Position numbers and translations under genes: made by a program
Notes under the pieces: model-generated
Told to the model about the DNA's origin: nothing
Databases searched by the model: none
Seen by the model: the letters and a program-made list of their open reading frames with translations, nothing else
Part shown: in pieces, positions 21,190 to 29,741 of the stretch
Layout: each line of letters opens with the position of its first letter
Position numbering within the stretch: position 1 is the stretch's first letter
Assembly: GCA_963804085.1 (NCBI GenBank)
Contig: CAWDOQ010000016.1
Location: 32,001 to 96,000, forward strand
Source of the DNA: Chlamydiia bacterium
GTDB lineage: Bacteria; Chlamydiota; Chlamydiia; Chlamydiales; Rhabdochlamydiaceae
DNA length: 64,000 bases
Direction: 5' to 3'

Positions 21190-22161
21190 TTAGTGTTTCT
21201 CGGCGAAGTATTCGGCGCCGAGGAGGGCGGTGTTGGGGTTTAGGACGACTTTGATGGGGATCTGGGATAGGAGTGGGGCGAATCTGCCTTTGGCGGTAAA
21301 GGCCTTCATGAAGGCGTTTTTCTGGAGGACGGGGAGGATTTTTGGGGCGATGCCGCCGCCGAGGAAGAGTCCTCCGGTGGCGAGGAATTTTAGAGCGACA
21401 TTGCCACACTCGGCGCCAAGGAGGGAGGAGAACCATTCTAGGGTGCGGATGCATGTTTTATTTTCATCCTTTAATGCTTGCTCTGTAATCGTGCGGGCAG
21501 GGTCGCCTTTGGCGAGGGCTTGGGTGACTGCATCCGATGGCTTTTCTAGGTTCATATCGATGAGAAAGTGGTAAAGATTGTAGAGGCCGGGCCCGGACAG
21601 GATTCTTTCGTAAGAGACGTGGCTGCCAAAGCGCTCTTTCAAGTAGCGCAAGAGTTCCATTTCAAGTTCGTCGCGAGGGCCAAAATCGGTATGCCCTCCT
21701 TCGGAAGAGAAGGGGTGGTGCTCTTTGCCATCCCAGAAGAGGCCGGCTTCACCAAGTCCTGTCCCTGCAGAGACGATTGCTTGATTGCCAACGCTTTCCG
21801 GGCTCCCCGGGTTGATCACGGCAAACTCATCAGGTGCAAGTCGCCGCAGTCCATAGCCGTTGGCCACAAGATCGTTAATCAGAAACACCTGCTTCGTGCC
21901 GAGCTCTTGCACAAACGTAGAAGTCTCGATGATCCAGGGAAGGTTTGTCGCGGTGCAGCGCCCATGCACGATTGGCCCAGCTATTCCAAAACAGGCTCTA
22001 GAAATGGGGGTGGGGTGCTCCTTTAAGAACTCTTTTACGATATCCAAAAGCGAGGAGTACTCTTTGCTCGCGAACTTCTTTTCAAAGAGGATCTTGTGCC
22101 TCTCTCCAAAAAGAGCGAGGTGGGTCTTTGTGCCTCCAATATCTCCTGCGAGGATTGTCAT
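21190..22161 (-). CDS. glk: Glucokinase
   Basis: LAGDIGGTKT, AGTGLGEA, SEGGH, ERILSGPGL and GGGIAPK motifs. Confidence 0.93.
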   Translation of the reverse strand: MTILAGDIGGTKTHLALFGERHKILFEKKFASKEYSSLLDIVKEFLKEHPTPISRACFGIAGPIVHGRCTATNLPWIIETSTFVQELGTKQVFLINDLVANGYGLRRLAPDEFAVINPGSPESVGNQAIVSAGTGLGEAGLFWDGKEHHPFSSEGGHTDFGPRDELEMELLRYLKERFGSHVSYERILSGPGLYNLYHFLIDMNLEKPSDAVTQALAKGDPARTITEQALKDENKTCIRTLEWFSSLLGAECGNVALKFLATGGLFLGGGIAPKILPVLQKNAFMKAFTAKGRFAPLLSQIPIKVVLNPNTALLGAEYFAEKH

Positions 22162-23459
22162 CGATATGCTCCCTGATGTGTTTGGTGTTTATCTTTGATC
22201 CAAAAAAGGGCGCCCCAGGACAGGAGGCTGGTAATGATCAAGAAAAAGATGGGTACTAGGTAGTTCTCTGTCACATTGCTGAGGATTAGAGTGAAAAACG
22301 GGGCTCCCCCTCCTAGAAAAACGCTGCAAAAGTTGTAGCTAACGCCGACACCGGTGTAGCGGACGTGAGTAGGAAAGAGTCCACAGATGAGCATCGGTAA
22401 AAGAGAGTATTGGATGGTGAACAAAATAGAAGCTAAGGCCCGCAAAAACACTTCTAACGCAAAGGAGTCATGCGATACGAAGAGCGGATAGGCCAGGAGG
22501 ATCCCTCCAAAGCAACTTATGCTCCATAGAATTTTGGTGTAGCCCTTGTCCGCCAAAATGCCAAAGATGGGCAAACAGAGGTTAGAAAGCACGATCATCC
22601 CTAAAAGCATCAGCATCTGTTCACTGAAGTCTCTGTTTAAAATTTGAGCCGAATAGACGGGTGCATAGATAAAAACCAGATACCAGCCGGCCAATAAAAA
22701 AGCACAGAGCAGAAACGACTTTATCATGGGGATTTTGTGATGCCTAAATGTATCTATAATCGGAAGTGTCGTGATCTTTCCCTCTTTTTGGAGTGCCATA
22801 AAAGGCGGGGTCTCTTTTAGTTTTTTCCGTAGATACCAGCCGATGAGTCCAATCAAGCCGCCGACAATAAAGGTGATGCGCCACCCCCATTCTGCCAGGT
22901 GGTGCTCGCTCACAAAGTTATCCAAAACGAGAAATTCGGAAATGCTTAAAATGGCGCCAATTTGAGATCCAAAAAACACCCAACTGCCCATTATTCCCCT
23001 TTTATCTGGAGCAGCAAATTCAGTTAAATAGCACATAGCACCGGTAAATTCCCCACCCGTTGACACTCCCTGCAAAAAACGCAAGCAGGCCATCAGAACC
23101 GCAGCCATGATGCCAATCGTTGCATAGGTCGGGAGCAGACCGATACACAAGGTGGGAAATGTCATGAGCAAGATCGAACTGATCAGGGCTATGCGTCTTC
23201 CAAATCTATCGCCGATATGGCCAAAGAACAGGGTCCCGAAAGGACGCGCGATAAAACCGACGCCAAAGATCAAAAATGTACCTACGATCGCCGCTTTGCG
23301 TGAATAGGTGGGGAAAAAAAGAGCAGTGAAAATAGGAGCAAACTGCACAAAAAGATAAAACTCATACCACTCGAGCGTATTACCGATCAAAGTGGCACTG
23401 ACGATGAGGCGTAATTTGGCGCGTGAGACATGCATAGTCGCAAGAATACTCATCCGCAC
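22158..23459 (-). CDS. MFS metabolite:H+ symporter (ProP-like)
   Basis: GNTLEWYEF, GDRFGRR, GGEFTGA and WGWR motifs. Confidence 0.88.
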   Translation of the reverse strand: MRMSILATMHVSRAKLRLIVSATLIGNTLEWYEFYLFVQFAPIFTALFFPTYSRKAAIVGTFLIFGVGFIARPFGTLFFGHIGDRFGRRIALISSILLMTFPTLCIGLLPTYATIGIMAAVLMACLRFLQGVSTGGEFTGAMCYLTEFAAPDKRGIMGSWVFFGSQIGAILSISEFLVLDNFVSEHHLAEWGWRITFIVGGLIGLIGWYLRKKLKETPPFMALQKEGKITTLPIIDTFRHHKIPMIKSFLLCAFLLAGWYLVFIYAPVYSAQILNRDFSEQMLMLLGMIVLSNLCLPIFGILADKGYTKILWSISCFGGILLAYPLFVSHDSFALEVFLRALASILFTIQYSLLPMLICGLFPTHVRYTGVGVSYNFCSVFLGGGAPFFTLILSNVTENYLVPIFFLIITSLLSWGALFWIKDKHQTHQGAYR

Positions 23460-23484
23460 AATTATGGCAAGTCGCTTATGTCCA

Positions 23485-24378
23485 GAGCCTTTCCCGCTGT
23501 GACTGATTTTGATTTTTGTTAAAAACTAAGACTTTATATAGTGCCTCCAGAGACATGTCGGGTTTCACGCCACTATCGTTGTCTTGTAAGCCTTTGCAAG
23601 CCTGGTACAGCATCGAGCAAGGGCATTCTCTACTGCTTCGCAAATCAAATGTGCCGTCAGGCACATTTGCTTGTCTTCGCAGCCCCCGCGACCCCTCTTG
23701 AGCTTCAATCTGCTTTGATAAATCGCATCCTCGTCGGAGGGGCGTGTATAACACGGCCCCCCACGCGCTTCGCGCGCTCCTGCGGGTGCAATTTCTCTGT
23801 GCAGATTGAAGCCGTTGGCTGCTCGCGCGCTCACTTCCCGCCGGACTTACGTCTCGGGGGCGGGTCCCTTCTCGCGTCGTGTCGCAGAGCCATTCTCAAA
23901 GAGTAGTCACAGCGGTTTGAAGTACAACAACTTGCAAGCATCTCTTTAAGAACACCGCGATTCTCGCGGTGGTGAAAAAAGAATGGGCACTGCGACACGA
24001 CGCGAGAAAGGGGCCCCGCCCGAGACGCAAGTCCGCGGGGCTGCGAAGACAAGCTGAAGTGCCAGGCGGCACTTCGGCTTTGCAAAGCAGGGGAGGGTTT
24101 TAACCCGACCTGGGGACGAGCGCGCGAGCAGCCAATCGACTCAGATCGCACAGCAAAATCGTACCACAGGAGAGTGCAAAGCACGTTCGGGGCTGTGTTA
24201 TACACGCCCCGACTCCGAGGACACGATTTGGCAAAGCGAGGTGGGGCGCAAGGGGGCAAGCAGGGGGTGCGGAGAGGGACACGAAGTGCTCTCCCGTACC
24301 CCCGACATGTCTCTAGAGGCACTATATAAAGCCTTAGTTTTTAACAAAAATCAAAATCAGCCACAGCGGGAAAGGCTC
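23485..24378. mobile_element. ~0.9 kb non-coding fold-back element with 78-bp terminal inverted repeats (MITE/REP mosaic)
   Basis: TIR 23485-23562/24301-24378 (3 mismatches) plus several internal IR pairs; no credible ORF. Confidence 0.7.
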
Positions 24379-24453
24379 GATAATAAAAAACTCTTTTAAT
24401 TTTTTTGATGATCAGGGTAGGCTGCGGTAAGGTTTACAAAAAAGGAGGCACAA

Positions 24454-25407
24454 ATGAGTTCAGTTAAAGAAGTCTACACGAAGAAAAAATGTGAAGAAGT
24501 TACGGCATTTGTTTCTGCACAAGAGGTCACTAAAGAGCCTGCGATTACAGAGAAGTATTATGATCTCGTGACCGATTTTTTCGAATTCGGATGGGGAAAA
24601 TCTTTTCATTTTGCGCCTCAATTTCCTGGCGAAAAGATGAAAGATGCGATTTTGCGCCATGAGTATAAACTGATCGATGCTCTTAAGCTCAAACCCAAGA
24701 TGAGGGTGCTAGATGTAGGCTGCGGAATTGCGGGTCCTATGAAAAATATCGCAGAAAAGAGTGGAGCAGACTTCGTTGGACTCAACATCAATGCCTACCA
24801 GATTAAAAAATGCAAAGAGTACATCAAAGAGAGCGGATTGGAAAAAACATGCACCTTCCATGAAGGCAACTTCATGCACGTGGATATGCCCGATGCATCC
24901 TTTGACGCGATCTATTCGATTGAAGCCACACCTCATGCACCGGATAAAACCCTCTGCTTTAAAGAGATGTATCGCCTGCTGAAGCCAGGCGCATGCTATG
25001 CGGGGTTTGAGTATGCTCTTCTTCCCAACTACGATGCGAACAATCCTGAGCATGTGAAGATCATGGATGGTTTAGAGCACGGAGGAGGTTTACAAAAAAC
25101 ACTGCCTTGGGAAGAGCTAAAACAGTGCTTTATCAATGCGGGTTTTAAAGTGATCACCATGCAAGATGAGTGTAAAGAAGGCATGAGCTGGACACTTCCT
25201 TTAGAGAAAGGTTTGAGAAGTTCTAAGCCGGGACGAGCGATCACCAACGTCTTCGTCAGACTCTTAGAGTTTTTAAAAATCGCTCCCGAAGGGTCTACTA
25301 GCGTGAGCAGCTTTTTAAATAGCGGCGCTGATGCTTTCGTGGAAGCTGGAAAGCGCAAGCTCTTTACAACTTGCGTCCTCTTTGTGGTCCAAAAGCCGCA
25401 TAAATAA
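24454..25407 (+). CDS. Sterol 24-C-methyltransferase-like protein (ERG6/SMT family)
   Basis: YYDLVTDFFEFGWGKSFHFAP (SMT region I), VLDVGCGIAGP, YSIEATPHAP and LKPG motifs. Confidence 0.85.
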   Translation: MSSVKEVYTKKKCEEVTAFVSAQEVTKEPAITEKYYDLVTDFFEFGWGKSFHFAPQFPGEKMKDAILRHEYKLIDALKLKPKMRVLDVGCGIAGPMKNIAEKSGADFVGLNINAYQIKKCKEYIKESGLEKTCTFHEGNFMHVDMPDASFDAIYSIEATPHAPDKTLCFKEMYRLLKPGACYAGFEYALLPNYDANNPEHVKIMDGLEHGGGLQKTLPWEELKQCFINAGFKVITMQDECKEGMSWTLPLEKGLRSSKPGRAITNVFVRLLEFLKIAPEGSTSVSSFLNSGADAFVEAGKRKLFTTCVLFVVQKPHK

Positions 25408-25413
25408 AAAAGG

Positions 25414-26187
25414 ATGGAAGAGGATCTTTATTTTTCGTTTTGCAAGTGGACTAAAGGGAGTTCACCTCAAGGCGACGGGCTTTTAGTTGCCTCTGATATC
25501 TCACAAGAGTGGCTCCTCCCCTGGTGGTGGGGCCACTATATCCGCCATAATACCTACCCAGTCACTTTTGTTGATCTTGGCATGTCACAAGAGATGAAAG
25601 AGTGGTGCAAGGAGCGTGGGAATTTTGTCCGACTTGCTGCCCCCGATCTCTTTGTTAAAGAAAAGGAGGAGATAAAAGATCCTCTTATCCTTGAGTGGGA
25701 GAACAGCTATGGACGCAAATTCTGGCCTCGGAGACAAGCCTGGTTTAAAAAGCCGATGGCCTGCTTAAAATCCCCCTATTTGCGCACCGTCTGGTGCGAC
25801 CTCGATTGTGAAATCCGCGCTCCCTTATCTGAGCTCTTCTCATTTTGCGAAAATAGCGCAGGGATCTCACTAGCACGCGAGAAGCATGACCCTCTTTCTC
25901 AAAAATCGGGATTTAATTCCGGAGTGGTCGTTTATAAACATGGTCTTGCTCTTATTGAGGAGTGGGCAAAACTTGCGGTAAGCTCTAATGAGCTATTTCC
26001 GGGAGATCAAGATCTCCTCTCTCTTCTGATCTTGGAACAAAAACTCCCAATCGTAGAGCTTCCCTACATCTACAATTGGAGCCGTCTTAGCGAGGAGAAC
26101 GCCGATGCCAAAATCTTCCATTGGCATGGCGATCATGGAAAAGCAGTGATCGAGTTTCAGATCACGCGAGCGAATCAACCATTCTAA
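25414..26187 (+). CDS. Putative glycosyltransferase (GT-A fold, GT8-like)
   Basis: WFKKP, WCDLDC (DxD), FNSGV, GDQD and HWHG motifs. Confidence 0.65.
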   Translation: MEEDLYFSFCKWTKGSSPQGDGLLVASDISQEWLLPWWWGHYIRHNTYPVTFVDLGMSQEMKEWCKERGNFVRLAAPDLFVKEKEEIKDPLILEWENSYGRKFWPRRQAWFKKPMACLKSPYLRTVWCDLDCEIRAPLSELFSFCENSAGISLAREKHDPLSQKSGFNSGVVVYKHGLALIEEWAKLAVSSNELFPGDQDLLSLLILEQKLPIVELPYIYNWSRLSEENADAKIFHWHGDHGKAVIEFQITRANQPF

Positions 26188-26203
26188 ATTTTATAAATTT
26201 TTC

Positions 26204-26232
26204 TTGACAACGAGCCCGCTCTGCTTTAGAAA
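26204..26232 (+). promoter_or_regulatory. sigma70/sigma66-type promoter
   Basis: TTGACA-17 bp-TAGAAA about 20 bp upstream of the ORF at 26253. Confidence 0.5.
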
Positions 26233-26252
26233 AATGCAAAAAGGGGTATGTC

Positions 26253-26555
26253 ATGAATATCAAGCGTCTCATTGGTTTTGTTATGTTAGCAGTGGGTATC
26301 TATCTCGTCTTTTTCTCTATGCACGCCATGGAACAGATGCGAGAAACCACAGGGTTTATCAATAATATACAGGATTCTTTCAGAAATAGCCCTGCTTGGA
26401 ACTCTATCGTGAAGTTTTTTGGAGGTAAGGCTCAAGAGAAGGTCGCCTCTTATCATCTTCCAGTGCTCTTGACTCTTATCGCCGGAATTGCGCTCACTAT
26501 CTCTGGAACAGTGGTCAGTATTTTAGCTAAGAAAAAAAAGGAGAAAAAAAGATGA
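26253..26555 (+). CDS. Small two-TM membrane protein
   Basis: N- and C-terminal TM helices; basic tail. Confidence 0.6.
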   Translation: MNIKRLIGFVMLAVGIYLVFFSMHAMEQMRETTGFINNIQDSFRNSPAWNSIVKFFGGKAQEKVASYHLPVLLTLIAGIALTISGTVVSILAKKKKEKKR

Positions 26556-26902
26556 AAACAAAAACAGTTGCTTTCACAATGCTCGCGTTATCAGCTAGCT
26601 TTTGCATAAGCACGAACGAAGTCGCTTGGGAAAGAAAAGCGATGTCCGATTGCAAAAAAGAAGAGAAGAGCTGCACCGATAGCCCCTCTTCATGCAAAAA
26701 AGAAGCCGAAGAGTGCAAACAAGATGCGCACAAAACAGATGAAGGCTCTTTTTATCATAAACTCAGCCCCGTCTATAGATCTATGTTCAAAGGCTTCAAT
26801 GCTAAGCAGAAAGTACAAGCTATGGACATGGCAGATAAAAACAAGATGTCGCCGGACGATGCCGTAGCAAAAGTGGCTAGCACTCCTAAAAATAAGAAAT
26901 AA
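26552..26902 (+). CDS. Small secreted protein (paralog of 35127..35441)
   Basis: Signal peptide; shared LSP...F..F...QK..AM....NxMSPDxA motif. Confidence 0.65.
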   Translation: MKTKTVAFTMLALSASFCISTNEVAWERKAMSDCKKEEKSCTDSPSSCKKEAEECKQDAHKTDEGSFYHKLSPVYRSMFKGFNAKQKVQAMDMADKNKMSPDDAVAKVASTPKNKK

Positions 26903-27191
26903 TAGCAGTAAGTTTAATTCCTTTTTTGTTAGACTATTCGCATTAGTCAAATGGTTTGGCTAACAAAAAAGGAAAAAACGAATGAATATCAATGATTTAA
27001 GTATTAGGGAGCGCCGATCTGGCATAGTGCCTAGAAAGCTCTCCTCCGTGTCCTCTGTTTCTATTCTTCTCTCTTCCCCTCTTTCTCATTCTTATCATTA
27101 TCACGCTTAATTTTTTCTCTCTTGCTTTCTAGCCGAAGCTAGTTAAACTTTTTATTTTATTTATTTTTAACTTTTTAATTAGGAGTATTTT

Positions 27192-27485
27192 ATGTCTGCT
27201 TGTACAGATATTTCTTTAAGTAAAGGCACAACTGTTGTGCCTCAAAACGGGATAGAGAAAATCCCTGAGAGAGTTAAGCTCGCCGTTCTATTTCCCTTCC
27301 TGGGAGGCAAAGACCTAGCAAATCTTTGCGCCAGCAAGAAAGAGTGGCAAGTTAAACTGGTGACCGTCCAAGTATCGGATGGCCGGAATATGCGAGAATT
27401 AAGGCTAGCAATCAGGGTGGCCCAGTTGGACTGGATTGACAAAAAAAACCCAGACTACAGCCAACTATTGCGTAGCATCCACTAA
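27192..27485 (+). CDS. Small F-box-like protein
   Basis: IEKIPERVKLAVLFPFLGGKDLANLCASKKEW; SD aggag. Confidence 0.5.
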   Translation: MSACTDISLSKGTTVVPQNGIEKIPERVKLAVLFPFLGGKDLANLCASKKEWQVKLVTVQVSDGRNMRELRLAIRVAQLDWIDKKNPDYSQLLRSIH

Positions 27486-27494
27486 GTTCTCTTT

Positions 27495-27525
27495 GCTCGC
27501 CTGCGCACATGTGCAGGCGAGCTTT
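27495..27525 (+). terminator. Intrinsic terminator-like hairpin
   Basis: gctcgcctgc...gcaggcgagc followed by ttt, just after the stop. Confidence 0.55.
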
Positions 27526-27577
27526 ATCTCATTAACATTGAAGGTATTAACACGTCAGTGTTGCACAATTCTTTTTT

Positions 27578-27658
27578 AACGTGCCTCTGCCTGTGCCTTT
27601 GCCCGATCTTACTCTTCAAATAATCCGGATCAGGCACGGGCACAGGCAGAGGCACGTT
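27578..27658. repeat. REP-like palindrome, family copy 2
   Basis: aacgtgcctctgcctgtgcc...taatccggatc...ggcacaggcagaggcacgtt. Confidence 0.8.
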
Positions 27659-27728
27659 GAAGAGTTATGCAGCACAGTCCATTAACACGAAATTCGAGTA
27701 AATGATAGCATGATATTCGAGTAAATAG

Positions 27729-28568
27729 ATGGATCAGACCAATCACATGGAAACTCCCTTACTCCCTTCTCTTCGGCTGCAATCGCCTTACGTGGGACGG
27801 ATTCTTTCGTTATGGAATGATTATCGTGAAAAGGTGATCCCTTATTTCAAAGAGATGCCGAGTAAGCCACAGGCTGAGGAGTATTTCGCTCATCTCGAAG
27901 AGATCTACGAACAGGATGCCTACAACTCTTTATCGATTGAGGGGTATCAGGTAGATGAGGATCTTGTGCAGCGTGTCCAAAATGATGGATGGAATCCGGA
28001 GAAACATGCAGAAGACATGCAAGAGAGAAATGCTCTTGCTGCACGAGGCTACTACGAGGCATTTTTAGAGGTGAAAAAAAGCCTGCGCGCTTTGCTCGAT
28101 GGAAAAAACCCGGGTGCAATCCTAGAAAAGGATTTGAAAAAGTGGTACCAACATCTCTTTTCTCCTCTTGCTCGTGCAGGAATCATACGTCAAGAAGATC
28201 TGTTTGGATATCGTAAAGGTCCGGTTTATATCCGCAATTCACGCCATGTCCCTCTTCCAAAAGAGGCTCTTATCGATGCAATGGATACGCTTTTTGAGTG
28301 TTTGAAAACAGAGAAGCACGCTGCCGTGCGTGCGGTCTTGGGTCACTATATCTTTGTATATATTCACCCCTACCTGGATGGCAATGGCCGTTTGGGTCGA
28401 TTCCTGATGAATGCGATGTTCGCTTCAGGCGGGTATCCTTGGACGATCATTCGCGTTAAAAATCGGACGCAATACTTGAATGCTTTAGAAAGCGCCGGGC
28501 CCGATAGGAATATCGAGCCCTTTGCCGAGTTTATCGCTCAAGAGATGCGAGCATCTCTTAAGCTGTAG
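27729..28568 (+). CDS. Fic family protein (possibly N-terminally truncated)
   Basis: HPYLDGNGRLGR Fic motif; SLSIEGY. Confidence 0.85.
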   Translation: MDQTNHMETPLLPSLRLQSPYVGRILSLWNDYREKVIPYFKEMPSKPQAEEYFAHLEEIYEQDAYNSLSIEGYQVDEDLVQRVQNDGWNPEKHAEDMQERNALAARGYYEAFLEVKKSLRALLDGKNPGAILEKDLKKWYQHLFSPLARAGIIRQEDLFGYRKGPVYIRNSRHVPLPKEALIDAMDTLFECLKTEKHAAVRAVLGHYIFVYIHPYLDGNGRLGRFLMNAMFASGGYPWTIIRVKNRTQYLNALESAGPDRNIEPFAEFIAQEMRASLKL

Positions 28569-29361
28569 GAGCGATCAGCTCTTTGCTTGCGGTGTAGATG
28601 AGCTCGTACTGCTCTACTTCTTGCACCATCCCGTTTCTGCCTGTCTCAAGACCGCGCATGTGCGCTACGGTGTTATAGATGAGGTCGGGATTACGGTTAC
28701 CTTGCAGGTAGAGATCATACACCTCGTAGGTTGCCGCGAATGTTCCTGAACGGCCAATGCCTGCGCTGCAGTGGGTCACAACTGGTCCGCGGTGCTGTTT
28801 CACATGGTCATGCACTGCCTGAACATGGCGGGCAAGCACCTTCTTTGGAACAACATCACGGTCGGGCCAGTTTTGCAGATCGAACTGGGTGATTTGCCTT
28901 CTCTCTTTTCCTTTTTGCATCTCGATGACGCGTTTAACGGTACGCGGAGCGTCGGGTTTTCTTTTTGAATCGGGAACTTCATTCTCCGGCACGAGGATCT
29001 CTTCGCTGATGATCTTTATCTTAAGTCCATTGGCTAAGGTGGCTGCTAACCAGTAGATAGCGCATTTATCGCGACTATCTTCAACAGGATTTACAAGTTT
29101 TACAATTGCAGAAGCCTTGGAATCCCAGATCATCTCCCAAAATTCGGTGATCTCTTCAGGTTTTGGGCCTTGCGAGGCTAAGATCTTGCCGCCTAAAATC
29201 CAGTTGGCGTTGAAGTAGAACTTATCATCTGTAGAGTGTTTAAAGCGTGTGGCATTGTTGGGGAGAATATTATCATAACGATTGCGATCCGGTAGCTTTG
29301 CTCCTTCGCTAAAGGCGGGATGCGTCTCTGCATCTACGATGAGTTTATCCAGCTCATTCAA
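28558..29361 (-). CDS. Classical protein tyrosine phosphatase (eukaryote/YopH-like)
   Basis: RNRY, FNANW, SQGP, FWEMIW, WPD loop, HCSAGIGRSG P-loop and MVQ..EQY Q-loop. Confidence 0.9.
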   Translation of the reverse strand: MNELDKLIVDAETHPAFSEGAKLPDRNRYDNILPNNATRFKHSTDDKFYFNANWILGGKILASQGPKPEEITEFWEMIWDSKASAIVKLVNPVEDSRDKCAIYWLAATLANGLKIKIISEEILVPENEVPDSKRKPDAPRTVKRVIEMQKGKERRQITQFDLQNWPDRDVVPKKVLARHVQAVHDHVKQHRGPVVTHCSAGIGRSGTFAATYEVYDLYLQGNRNPDLIYNTVAHMRGLETGRNGMVQEVEQYELIYTASKELIAPTA

Positions 29362-29674
29362 ATTCGCTTTCTATGCGGCCAGAGTTAAACGCGCCGAACC
29401 AAGCGGGATGAGCAGTTTCTAGCTGAACCGCACCAAATTTGATTGCACACCCTACGGCAGCAAGAAAATAGGAGGCGATTGTGGCTATAGCAAGAAGGAC
29501 GATTGTGCCTAGACGATAGGTCACATCTGTTAAACCTGCGTCAGGCTCAAATTTGCCGAGCACGACTTGCCAATTACGGTGACAAGAGCGCATAGGAGCG
29601 ATCAGGCTATCTCCTGTTCTATCATCCCACTGGCACAGGTTGCAAATTCCGGGAACTTCTGAAAGACCGCTCAT
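29354..29674 (-). CDS. Hypothetical membrane protein
   Basis: SD aggag before ATG 29674; hydrophobic hairpin; overlaps the PTP start. Confidence 0.5.
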   Translation of the reverse strand: MSGLSEVPGICNLCQWDDRTGDSLIAPMRSCHRNWQVVLGKFEPDAGLTDVTYRLGTIVLLAIATIASYFLAAVGCAIKFGAVQLETAHPAWFGAFNSGRIESEFE

Positions 29675-29741
29675 GGCATTTCTCCTTTTTTTAATGGAAA
29701 GATTATAGCACGCAATTGGTTTAAAAAGGTAGGGTGAAAAC

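Noticed and set aside
23476..24322. Several 60-160 aa ORFs
   Set aside because: They lie inside the GC-rich fold-back element, are Arg/Pro/Ala-biased and have no motifs
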